Of a stretch of DNA of 64,000 bases, positions 37,801-49,480 are shown piece by piece. The translations under genes were made by a program, and so were the position numbers. The notes below the pieces were generated by a model. That model was given only the letters and a program-made list of their open reading frames with translations, did no database searches and was not told the DNA's origin. This DNA is from Selaginella moellendorffii. Taxonomy: Eukaryota; Plantae; Lycopodiophyta. Numbering within the stretch: position 1 is the stretch's first letter; each line of letters starts with the position of its first letter. The stretch is from assembly GCF_000143415.4 (NCBI RefSeq), contig NW_003314274.1:1250356-1314355 (forward strand), read 5' to 3'.

Positions 37801-40174
37801 ATAGGTAATGCCTCGCGGTTATGGCGTGTGTGCTCATGCCATTCATTGCAGATCAAGGGCTGAGTGAAAGCAGGCAGTCACCACCTCCTGACTCAGATTC
37901 CTATGGCGGACTCCCCTTCCCCAATCTCAATGGAGAGGTACAATGGATGAGGGATGCTTTTCAAGTCAGGGCCACGTTTTTCTCATCTCGTCGTCTTCGA
38001 AGGGTGCAAGAACGTGCAGAAACCATGTTAAGACAGTCGGGTGAGGATACGGTCCTAGGTCACGCACTAAAACAGGCTATGGATGTCTTGTATTTTGAGA
38101 TGGAGACTCGGCCAGATGATTTTCCCAAGATGGTCCTGGAAGAACAAGCCATCCAGCCTGAGCAGCCTATGGAAGAAATGCAGGAGGGGGATGAGGAGCC
38201 AGAGAAAGATAATGAGCAAGAAGAGCAGAAGGACGAAGAGGAGGACAAAGAAGAGGAGGACGAAGAAGAGGAGGATGAAGAGGACTTGGATGGTCCTCAC
38301 AATGGTGACGATCACAATAACGACGACGACGATGATGACGACAATGGCCAGCCTGAGGTGGCCAAAGAGCAGCGGAAGAAGGTCATACAAGACAAACCAT
38401 CAGGTAAATAATAGTACATCCATTCCTAACCTTTTACCATTTCTAACATTGTCCATGTAGGTCGTAGAGCAAATGGTAAGTAGAGATTATTCAGTTGAAT
38501 TAAGATACAAACTTTAGCCTTTAGTGTCGAGGAAGGATAGCGCCAAGCAAGGGTCAAAACGTATGTCCAATCCTTCAGAATCAGCAGTGCGCCCAAGTGA
38601 TATCGGTCCTAGTTCCTCAATAGCAGTTGATGGTAAATACAGTATAGTCGATTCAATGTGCTAATGAGTTTGTTTTTAGTAGCACAGGAGGATACCATCT
38701 CAATCGAAGGGAGATATTTGGACATGCATATGGATCCGCCAGTGGACTCTACTTGCCTGCAAGAGTCATCAGAGCTGGTGGAGGCTACTATCCATATCAA
38801 CGCCAAGCAAGCTGACCACGCTCCACTTGATGCTGCCCATACCACTGAGTCAATCTTGTCCACGTATCCAACTGACGGTGACCATGCGCCATTAGACCCG
38901 CATGAGGCTGCCCCAGCCGCCGAGCCAGTCGTATCCTCATTTCCAACGGACTCAACGTGTGCCCAATCGTCTGACTACGCGCCGTTGGAACCTCCCTACA
39001 CCGCCCCTGCTGCCTGTTCGGTCATGTCCACTTTGCCAACGGAGACACCAGCTGAAATGGCGTGTGATCACACGCCATCGGAACCACCCCATGCCACTGT
39101 TGAGCCAGTTGTACCAGAGTCTACAGCTGAAATGGCATGTGCCCACACGCCATCGGATGTGATTGACCCCATATTGCAGAGGAGAGTATTTCCACCCTTC
39201 ACGTTTCCTCGACCAAAACCCTCTCAACGACCATCGGGAGCACCATTCGCTAATATTGTAGATGGTAAAATTGACTTGTACCATTTTTTATGCTGACGCA
39301 TTTCATTTCAGAGTCACGGCGAAGGTACTGTATCATTTTTGATCTGAACGGTGTCCTTTTCTCCCATGAGCGTGGCTTGTCCTCGAATGTCATTGCACCC
39401 TCCAAAGCCTGCGGTCGCAAGTTGGTCAAAAGAGACAAATTCACATTAATCACACGGGAGAAACTGCGGGATCTAATAATGACCATGCGACACTTAAAAC
39501 AGAGGGCCGGGTTCAATTTGCAATTGGGAGTTTGGACATCCATGATGCGCCACAATGCATTAACGTTGCTACAGATGATGCACAATCAGACGCGAGTAAT
39601 ATTACCATTTGACTTTCTCCTAACGCAAGAGGATTGCTTGACTATGGTCCATGTGAGGGGTAGCAAGCCCATCTTCGTCAAGCCAGAGGCTGTAGTGATG
39701 AACCGGACTGCTAGGTCAAGTGAAATCCTCATCATCGATGACTCGCCGATTAAAACTGCAGCGAACACGCACACATATGCAGTGCACCCCATCTCTTGCA
39801 GTATGGAAACTAGGGAGAAAAAACCGTATGTTCTGGGGGACCTTGCAAAACGGCTTGAAGCGATGGTGATAGAGAACCGGCCAGTCCAGGAGGTGGCTGC
39901 AGAAATCAACCAAATGGCAGATAGAACGGTATATCAGAAGCCATTTGATCGGACAAACACCAGTCATCATTTATGGCATGTATATTGTCTAGCCAAGCAC
40001 TATCCGCATCTCCATAATCTGCTCAACCGGATGGGTTCTTCGACCACTGAACATGAGCGTGGACATATTAGAGAAGAGATGGCATTACTATTGGGTTTAA
40101 ATCCTGATAGTGTGGAGAGTGATGAAATTCCAAGATTATTGTATAGGCGTTGGAGGCAAAAAATAACAGTCTGA
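34829..40174 (+). CDS. Multi-exon ~1,629-aa cargo protein: ParB/Srx-like, N6/N4-DNA-methylase-like (degenerate), acidic linker, FCP1/NIF HAD phosphatase-like
   Basis: Exons 34829-35968, 36023-37346, 37397-37483, 37540-37611, 37661-37804, 37852-38403, 38461-38475, 38525-38632, 38680-39264 and 39312-40174 are joined by 47-57-nt GT-AG introns into one open frame. Motifs: YNHRLVSDEWVEKL...FYAVSGQHS; NPKKAP...VVEYNCGG...AALLKGVPCVAV; IIFDLNGVL...VWTS...IIDDSPIK. The true start may be further upstream (donor at 34554). Confidence 0.75.
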
Positions 40175-40589
40175 GATGGCATGTATTTATTTAAAAATGT
40201 AACTTATTATGGCATGGGGTTCCATGCCATTGTATTAATATTAAAAGACAATTCTTTGAGAGGATTTGCATTATACTAGAAGTGTTATAGCATGTTATTG
40301 GAAGTCTACGAAGTTGTTTTATTAATAAGGGGAAAGTAAAGATTGAATGGGGACTTGGGCTCCACCTAGACTCGGAGCAACTGAGCCAATATTAAAAGGA
40401 TGGAAAGAAATTGGACGATGATGACAAAGAGAAGAGAGAGGTGAAGCAGTGGCAGGGGGAGGAGAAGTGATTGAGTAGACATTTCCTTGTTTAAAATAAA
40501 ATGGCATGTGCCTCAATGCAGTTGAATTTTGTTATATTTATATACTATATAAAGGTTTGGAAACCTTATTTTACAAGTGGGATAATGAC

Positions 40590-40616
40590 AATTCCCACTT
40601 TAACAAAATAGAGCTT
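40590..40616 (-). repeat. Right terminal inverted repeat
   Basis: Reverse complement reads AAGCTCTATTTTGTTAAAGTGGGAATT. Confidence 0.88.
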
Positions 40617-40778
40617 AAAGGCATGAATTTACATGAAAGTGTAAGTAATCAAAAAGACAATTTAAATATAGAAAGAAAAGACTATAAATAAGAGTGCATC
40701 CTTTTTTTCAATCAATTAAAGGTCTTAAGATATTTAGGGTTAAGCATCCTTTAGGACGTCTAAACTCAAGAGTTTATA
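40617..40778 (+). mobile_element. Decayed Cassandra TRIM, right part
   Basis: AAAGgcatgaatttacatgaaagt continues the internal region (compare 58121-58150), then an eroded LTR. Confidence 0.78.
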
Positions 40779-41237
40779 AGATTTTTTTAAGAAACTTAAT
40801 ATATATAATAAACTATATTATAAAACTCGAGTGAAAAAAAAAAAGATCAAGCACAAGTATATTTATAGATTACAAAAAATTTCTTATTTATTTTTATAAA
40901 TTTTAATTAAAAAATACATGTAGCATTTCTAGTGGTGCTCTATTTAAAAAATGTTAGAAGTTTAGTAGAAAACTTCTTTATATACAATGTTGATTATGAA
41001 GATAGAAGAATTAAGGGATCCCTAGTGTAGTATTATAAATTTAAATGCCTAAGTCATCCAGTGTGGTACATTTTGATGAAGAAACATCTATGAGTAATGA
41101 CTAGATATGGTAAATAAACATCAACCTAGTCAAATGTCATTACTCATTTATACCGTTTAAATGGCATCCTTCATTCTTCGATTTATAGAGATTGTAAGTT
41201 AATAGCCCAAACACATTGGGAATTGTCTTATAAACAT

Positions 41238-41408
41238 TGTAAGTAATTAAAGATAACAAGTAAATGATTCATAGGGGTTCAAATATAAAAAAAAAGAGTT
41301 TATAAACAATTAATTAAGGATCTTGGGATACTTGAAGTTTAACATCCTTAAGTTTGACTAATATTGAGTTGAGTGACTTCTCATGAAGTTCAATTTTAGG
41401 ATTTTATA
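41238..41408 (+). mobile_element. Decayed Cassandra solo LTR
   Basis: Match to the Cassandra LTR, flanked by aacat/gacat (near-TSD). Confidence 0.7.
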
Positions 41409-41439
41409 GACATGTTAAATAGAATTTTTAAATCTGACA

Positions 41440-42600
41440 TAAGTGTGTAAAAACTCGTATTCCTTTGAATTAGCCTATAACAATTTCATAATCCAATGCT
41501 ATTGGTAAGTGCATCTCTTAGAATGAGACATATGCCATCAATAGATGGAGATATATTCCTCAACACTCTTATAAATATGTATGTCACTATAGCATTATTG
41601 ATTGGGAATGTATCATTATTGAGTGGTGTAAGTATTACTCTATTAGCTATAACTTTAAGATTTGAAATATGAAGTAGAAATGGAAAAAAAGAATTATTAA
41701 TTGATGATGTTACTATATTTGAATAAGACAATGTAATAGACTCAAGTCCATTAATTTAAATAGTTAGTGCCAAATAAGCTCACAATGAGTTATTTGTAGT
41801 AAGAAGATATAGAAACAATAGTGCTCTCATTTATTCACTTGCAATAATTATACCTTATATCCATGTGGAACAACTGGAAATGTTTACCTAATTTGTAATA
41901 ATAATAATTCTACCAAAAAATAAGTCAGTTTTCACAGCACTCAATTTACAATAGAGAATGCATGTGTATGGACTATACTTATTTCATCCCATAATATTAA
42001 AACTCCTGCCTTATTAATATTACAAGCATTAAATTGCAAAAAAAATTCCATGCCATAGTAATAGCTTTTTTGTTTTTGAGCTGTAATATAAAAATAAAAG
42101 TGTTAAGAAGAAATGTTTTACTAATGCCACTAGGACCATCAATAAATATGGCGATCAATAGCATTGAGGATATCAACAAGAATAGCTCTCTATCCACTAT
42201 TGAAATAGAGAATATTTTATTTTTCATTTTGATGTATATGTGTTAATTAATGTTGTTAACATTAATGTTTTGAGAGGGCATAACTATCTGGTAATTTTAG
42301 TGTTTTTCACGTGTATTTTATTTATATAATGCATATTCTCACATAAAATATTTTAAGATAAAGTCTCAAAACTTATAGTAAGGATCCTTTGAAATACACA
42401 AAAATACAAATAATTGTTATAATTGTTATAATTGTGAAGGCATTCTAAAAGAACAAGCATCTTTTAGGCATTTTTCTCTCTCAGTATTGTCAACTAAAAG
42501 ACCTATAGTAAATATAACTTATTGGAATGTCTCATAGCAAATATTATTAACTGTTTTTAAATTATTGAAGTCAAGATTACAAGTGTAAAACAATCATGCA
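41440..42600 (-). pseudogene. Helitron PIF1-helicase relic
   Basis: IFIDGPSGISKTFLLN (Walker A DGPGGTGKT-like) and RVILTPLNND (PIF1 motif); AT-eroded. Confidence 0.7.
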
Positions 42601-42817
42601 TTTTGAATTTGAAAACACACACACACACAACTATCTATATATACGTTCCAAAAAATAATTTCTTAGTAATATCATATAAAAATTCCTGTAACATGTAAAT
42701 ATTATATGTAAATATTTTAAATATATAATAAATATTTTAAATATTATATTATTAAACATGTAAATATTATAAATATATCTGGTTTAAGATAATGAGTTAC
42801 CATTGACGTGGCTTTCA

Positions 42818-44010
42818 GAAGCCATTGGAGGTAATATTCTTGTGTCTGCTTCGTGAGAGCAGATGTGATAAGGAGCTTTGCTCCTGAGATTGTGTGCTTT
42901 CGTTATTCTTGTGTTTTTCTAACAGCAGGGATATTTTGTAGGCAATCTAAACAGCTTCACAGATGGTTTTCGTTGGGTCTGGCATCAAGCACGATTATTT
43001 TCTCTCGCTGGTGAAACCGTTGTTTGAGGACATGCCTCTGGTGGCGCCTCCAGAGCCTGCGAAGTCCGAGTATGTTGGTGGCGAGTGGCGCCATCAAGGC
43101 GAGAGTGATGTAAGACTTTTTCCTTTCTTTCGTTTTTGCTTGTTGGAAGTCTAAATGGATCTAACTCTTTCATTTTTAAGCAGACTACGTGGGTTTCCAT
43201 CGCTTTTGAAATCCCTGGTGGCTGGAGAAACGAACGCGATGCTGTTGCGGCAACTATGTTATAGGTAAATCTTCCCCTTCTTTCTCAAGTTTGCTGGAAG
43301 AAAATGTTTATGCTCAAACTTTGTGTTTCTTTTTTAGTTTTTTGGCTCGTTTTCAACCGGGGCCCGGGCAAGGGAATTCATTCCAGATTGTGTATGTATG
43401 AATCGTGGTTTGGTTTTTGTGTTCTTACTTAGTTTGGCACTGACGTCCAGATACTCTGTCCATCCCAAGGTGGAAAGTTTTACTGCTTTTACTTCTGTGT
43501 ACAATGACTCCGGCTTGTTTGGTATCCACGCATCTTCTGTGAGTAGCGCTCTCGAGTAATATTTGTCTCAAACGCCTGTTTTGTGCTGTTTATCTAGGAG
43601 CACAATTTTGTAGACGAACTGGTAGATATTATAGGAGATGAGCTTATTTCTGTGGCAGAACCTGGAGAAGGTACTCAACTCCGAACTTTTTCTTTTTTCA
43701 CTTCTCTATGAACGTTCTCAACAAGATTGAATTGGAGCGCACAAAGAATGCAACCATTTCACTAATTTTGATGAATCTTGAATCTCAGGATAGTGTGCAG
43801 AGATGAACTATATATTTTCTTATAGGTGGTCGTGAATGAAGGCAAATTTTCACCTATGGTTGCAGGTTAGAGACTACGTTATTTGTAAATTGTTTTGTGA
43901 GATTTTTATTTTGGGGACAGGAAGCCTGCAAAAGATTTTATCAACGCAGTTCATAAGCACTTTAGATGATCTTTGCAAATTTGTGGAGAAGATGGCTTGC
44001 TTGGCAACGG
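42818..44010 (+). pseudogene. Mitochondrial processing peptidase alpha subunit fragment with introns
   Basis: Exonic motifs EAIGGN...SA..EQM, MVFVGSG...YVGGEWR, AFEIPGGW, FSTGGPGKG.HSRL, YNDSGLFGIH and LMNLES. Internal exons are missing and stops are present. Confidence 0.85.
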
Positions 44011-44161
44011 TATGAATATCACAAAGTTTTCAAATTTAAAACCTTAAACTCAATTAGTAATTTTTATTAATAATTGATATTAAATTACTTTAACAAAATT
44101 GACAGCCGTTAGGGTTCTTGGCGAAGGGCTTGGCGGCGAGCGGTAAGTCACTCCCGATTGA

Positions 44162-44963
44162 TTGGCGCCCCCCTTGCCAAGATATCTCTCGCCAAACACG
44201 AGACTCAAAGCTCTGAACCCCACGTTGATGCAAGTCACCAACCAGAAAGAAGAGATCCAGAACACAAAGGCACAGAATGACAAGCTTATGAAGGTCAACA
44301 AAGTGCGAGCTGGGAAAATCCAGGAGCTACTCAAGGGAGATCGTCAGGAGAATACCAAACTCACGGAGAGAGTGGCAAAGCTCGAAGAGGAAACTTCGAA
44401 GCTGAAGGAGGAACTTACAGACCAGAGTCGTCAGCTTTCAGCCCAGGGCCGTCAACTCTCAGCATTGGAGCAGAGGTTATCTGCATTGCGCTTGTTTGAG
44501 CGAGTGCTTCTGCGAAAGCTCTGCGAGGCCACTCGGGAGAAATGCGTGAGGCTTGCAAGAGAAGCAGATGTGGAGATCCCACTTGCAGCCGATGGAAAAA
44601 CAAATTGGATGGAAAAACAAATTGGAATGCGTTTTTCAACATTCCAGGGTAACTTTTTCTTTTTCTTTTTCTTTTTTTCTTCTGTCAACTAGTACTTACA
44701 TGTCTTTTATTTCTTTCAGAGTCGTGGCATTGTTAAACGATGCAGGGCTCACCATGGGGCTCGAGTATGCCAGATCGATCCCACGGCATTTGCATGCCGG
44801 TACGTATCAAGTGGTGGAATCGGAGGAGGTGTTTGTGGACACAGTGCTGGAGCTGATGCTCAACGAGTTCCAGACCAAAATGGAGAACATTCTGGTGTTC
44901 GTCTATCCAGCAGCGCAAGATTCTCTCCAAGTGGCATTTGAGGCTGACGCTCAGACTGATTAA
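44162..44963 (+). pseudogene. Two-exon coiled-coil protein of unknown function, frameshifted by a 17-bp duplication
   Basis: Heptad-rich ORF, intron ~44649-44719, duplication gatggaaaaacaaattg x2 at ~44591-44624. Confidence 0.45.
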
Positions 44964-45479
44964 TCAATTCAAAGCTTACTAAGCACCGAGTTCTTTGTTT
45001 CTCGTGTCAGGTTTTGCAACGACTTTTTGTTCCCTCGAATTCTCTCCCTTCAATAGTCATCCTCTTGAGTTCTAGAGCCTCTTATACAAGTCTGCTGTTT
45101 TTACCATCGAAAGATACAAGTAAATTGAAGTAAATGTAGAAACTCCTTTTGTTGCTAAATCTTCTTGTTCATTTTCTTTGCCTGTCAAAGAGTAACTTCC
45201 ATCTAGCAAATAAAAATAGCAAATGAGTCAAGTGAAAATAGCAAGAGGTGAAAGTTTCCTCACGTGCTAATGGCTGACTAAGTGCACCACAACTACTGGC
45301 TGCTTCTTCCACTCCTCCATGGCTCTCAAGCTTCTTTTTTTTCTGAGGACCTTCAATGCCCCCGATTTTCTTTGGCTTTTCATCTCTCTCAGGAGGCGTT
45401 GAAGGTAGCTGCAAGAGGCCAAATCCCATAGCAATCTTGCCAACCTGCAGTTTCTTCCACCTAAATACAAATAGAGAAC

Positions 45480-46370
45480 AAGGATTGCTTACCAGAGGAA
45501 TCTCGTGACACTCGTACAATCCTACATCCAGAAGTCCAATCGTGGCCAAGCAAACAAGATCTTCGTTCCATGGCAGATCATGACGTGGTTCACTTTCCAA
45601 GAACACAGAGTTTCGTGATCGTCTCTTGGAACGCGATGAATGTGGCAGCATCCCGGATCAGCGACTGAGAGTCTATGTTTGATTGCATCTCAGAGCGCCA
45701 TGGAACTCGATGTATGTGGCAATATCCCGGATCAGCGACTGAGAGTCTATGTTTGATTGCGTCTCAGGGTGCCATGGAACTCGATGATAATGGTGCTCGC
45801 GCACCAGGGGCAAATTGTGGCAGCGAAATCGACCTTCGACAGAATGTCAGCCAAGGTTCTCGTATCCTGGACCAATCTACTACTGTGCTACGCCCAGATT
45901 CTCCTGTCATTCTGGGCAGAATGACAGGACGTTCCATTGGTTCCCCTTCACCAGCACAGCAGTGAATACCAGAGGGGGGATTTGGCCACTGCAAAAGAGA
46001 TATCTGATTTCATGCAGGATCAAGACGTGGTGCATGGACGGCAATGATGACAGCCACCAAGGCCTCGTCGCCCTCACGAAGAACATCTTCAATCAAATCC
46101 CAGAGAAGAATCCAGCACCATGGATCCTTGCATTTGCGAGAATGGGCATTTTGACGAGGCTGTTCACGAGATCCTGCGCAAGACCATTTTGTTGCTGGAT
46201 AGATCTCACACAAGTTTCAACTTGTGTGCCACCAGGAGCATGATGGAGAGCATGAAGATGTGCACCTTGGTTTCCTGGATGACAGATGCTCAAAGTGGGC
46301 ACTACGATCAAGCAGTGGAAGTCTTCCAGCTTATGAATCTTGAGGGTGTCAAGCGTGTTCTAACTTCGTG
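45480..46370 (+). pseudogene. PLS-class PPR gene relic (contains a 74-bp tandem duplication 45640-45787)
   Basis: VSW..AQSGHYDQAVEVFQLMNLEGV and A..IFNQIPEKN..W PPR-like pieces in shifting frames. Confidence 0.65.
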
Positions 46371-47139
46371 CAATGTTAGTCTAGATGGTAAAAAGAAAAG
46401 ATCAAATGACAAATTGAAGGATTAACACTTACTTCATAAAATCTTTAAGTCATCTCCAAAATTATCTTCATAATAATTAAGTTCCTTATCATCATTTAGA
46501 TTCTGTTTCAGTTTGTAAATATTGTCTTCCCATAAACTTGATCCTCAAACAATTTTTTAAAAACCAAACTATATCATCCATAACTCTCAAATCGATCTCA
46601 TGACCATATTTCATATCAATGGGAGATGGTAGAACACCAAGAATAGGACAAGCCGTATAATCACATTCTATGGAAGTTAGAAATGGCAACACACCAAGAA
46701 TAGGTGTAGTACTAATATGATCACACTCTATAACATCAAAAGCTCAATCTAATAGAGTAGCATTAGCAACCTCAAGTGATATACTCTTTAATCAAGAATG
46801 GTGTAGTATGGTAGAAGAAGAAAATGCAATAAATATTAAAAGAAAGAGTATCTAAGCATAACAATAGCTAGAATTCTAAATCTTAAAAAAAGCTAATATA
46901 AATCTAGATCTAAAAGAGAATGAAAAAATAAGAATAAAAAATATGATCCTGAACAGTAGAGCAAAGCATTACCAAAAGCTTTGCCCTTTAGGTACAAATT
47001 GCAATGCCCCTCAACTCCATTAATGTGAATGCTCGAGATATAGGAATAAATATATTAATTGGGATTTATATATACATGAATATATACATGTATTTACAAA
47101 CCTTACAAATATATTTTAAATTTCAATTATAAAATATCT

Positions 47140-49480
47140 ATAATAATACAAAGGAGTTGTCAAACTTTCTGGGCTGTCAAATCTAGCCAATGGAAGCCAT
47201 CCACTGGGGGGGTGGGTTATTTCTTTAACCACATCTTAGTGAATAATCATGCTAATGTTTCCTCTTAGCCAATGGAAAGTGGCTAATTGTTTGGGGTGAA
47301 AGAAGGCATTATGATATATATTATATATAATGTATTGACCGGACTGTATCTGTCAAGTGAAGAAGGCTTGATGATATGGCCAAAAACAAGCATAGCATTG
47401 GGCCAACGGCTGTGATTTATTCATCTCGACCAACTTCCTGTTGAGTTTGATTTTTGCTCTATACATTGTTTGTACCATTGAAAGAAATTCTTGAATTAAG
47501 TCTAATGAACAAACAACAAGGCTTGGATATTAAGTTCTGGACCTCATAAAGCCAATATTCTTTATTTTTAGACTTTTTCTGGCTCTGAGTAATATTTATA
47601 TTTATTCATATTCTAAGTAAAAACATATAATTAAATAATGCCTTACTAAATTAATAGTTATTCTTAGTAATACTTCTTTTAATTTTGTTTGAGTCTAGTG
47701 TTCTTAAGATCTTAGTACTCTGAATTTTCTTATATCCCAAGTAAAACATACTGTGCATTAACATCTAATTAATACATTTATTTTTAATACTTATTCTTTT
47801 ACTGGTTTTTGTCTAATATATTAGTGTTCTTAAATTCTTAATGTTATAAATGTATTATTTTTCTTATATTATACTTTCCCTCTAATTTGTTTTAAAAAAT
47901 ATTCTTAGCAATTCATTTTTGAACTTTTTTCTGGTTTGGGTATTAGTTTTCTTAAAATCTAGGTATTCTAAATATATTAATATTCNNNNNNNNNNNNNNN
48001 NNNNNNNNNNNNNNNNNNNNNNNNNNNNNNNNNNNNNNNNNNNNNNNNNNNNNNNNNNNNNNNNNNNNNNNNNNNNNNNNNNNNNTAGTGAATAATCACA
48101 CTAATGTTTGTTCTCAGCCAATGCGATAGAAGGAGCTATAACACATGTTATATGCATGTGTTGATGAGCTCCACTAGCATTAAGAACCTTGCCAATGAGG
48201 ATGATCTTCTTCGTCAAGTTCTCAGCTTCAAAAGCGTTCTCTAGCTCAACCAGATCAAATGGCCACTTCCCAAACATGACACTCGAGTCCTAGTATAGCA
48301 ATTCATCCAGTCCTTGCTACAACACTTCTTTCCTCTCCTATAAAGAGGAAACTTTGCTAGAGATTTGATCCAAAGGAGGAGAGATTGACAAACTTGGGCA
48401 TCAGATTCTCTAGTTTCTTCTTGAGCTGCTCAATCATAGGGACATATATTGACCTGGTTCATGTTGACAGTGCTAGATGTTGGAAGGATTTTCTGTGTGA
48501 GCCACTAGTAGATGAGCCAGAGTGCATAGTGCGAGACACTGAGGAACAAGTGGTTGCCTAGCAGCTGCTTGTTAAACACCACTCAGCCCTTAGGTGTGGA
48601 CATGCTCGGGCAAAAGTAGTCTACCACTGGAATGACTAGAGCCACACTAGTGAGCCTAAGGGAACAAGATCAATCTAGAGACAAACTTTTGTCCTCATAA
48701 AAGCAGTTTATGATCAATGAAGGAAAAAGATTGAATAGCAAGATTTAGATTGCATTGGTCGAGTGAAGAGGTATTGTGACTAATGCATGTATTTGATGAT
48801 GCATTGTTGACTGGCATTAACACTCAACCTTTTGTAATGGAAACTCATGGGATTTTATAATTCCCTCTAAAGACTTTAATAGTTTAATTTGGGGAAACAC
48901 GTGCTTATAATTACTTCCTCAAATTCATTTTTCAAAGTGGAATATAATATTTAATTTAGTTTTCAATATAGCAAAATTATAAAAATCAAAATAGTGTTTG
49001 CTAATTGGGCAGCATATGGTGGGCAATAGCTATAATAATGAGGAGTTGCCAAACTTTTTAGACCATCAAATCCAGCCAATAGCATCTATTTGATGGGGGA
49101 TAATAGTCAAAAGGCTATTTCTTTAACCATGTCTTAGTGAATAATTGTGTTGACATTTGCTCTTAGCCAATGGGAGGTTGTCAATTGCCTAAGGAGAGAA
49201 GGTGTTATAACATGTGTCACATGCAATGTGTTAACTAACATTGACACTCAATCTTTTGCAATGGCACTGTATCACTTGGATCTTATAATTCCTTCTAAGG
49301 AATTTAATAGTTTCCTATGAAAAAACACATGCTTATATAGTTAATTCTTCTTTCAAAGTGGAATACAATAATTATTATTTTGATACTATTCCAATTTGAT
49401 TTTCAATGTAACAAAATTATGACAATCTAAACAATATTTACTAACTAGGCAGCATATACTTGGCAATAACTAGTAATATA
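47140..49480. repeat. Locally repeated non-coding blocks
   Basis: 47140-47290 resembles 49030-49200 and 48086-48130; 48815-49040 resembles 49240-49470. Confidence 0.55.
47986..48085. other. Assembly gap (further gaps at 49817-50003, 52973-53072, 55111-55210)
   Basis: Runs of N. Confidence 0.99.

Larger units (their letters stand above)
20856..40522. repeat. Dispersed family of 22-bp palindromes ATGGCRTG-N6-CAYGCCAT (over 20 copies)
   Basis: Copies start at 20856, 21172, 21261, 30218, 30275, 32109, 32179, 32277, ~32889, 32964, 33820, 33899, 34579, 34656, 34716, 35990, 37489, 37630, 37821, 39057, 39132, 40209 and 40501, with a half-site tandem at 21321-21362. None seen in the nested chromovirus or outside the TIRs. 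Confidence 0.9.
20630..40616. mobile_element. Large Sola-like DDD DNA transposon (~12.45 kb without the nested chromovirus) carrying a ParB-like/MTase-like/phosphatase-like cargo gene
   Basis: 27-bp TIRs with 2 mismatches, TSD AAAG (20626-20629 / 40617-40620), and the interrupted Cassandra resumes exactly after 40620. Two divergent genes inside. Confidence 0.85.

Noticed and set aside
20856-40522. CRISPR array interpretation of the 22-bp palindromes
   Set aside because: Spacing is irregular (tens to thousands of bp), copies lie in introns and exons, no cas genes are present and the context is eukaryotic.
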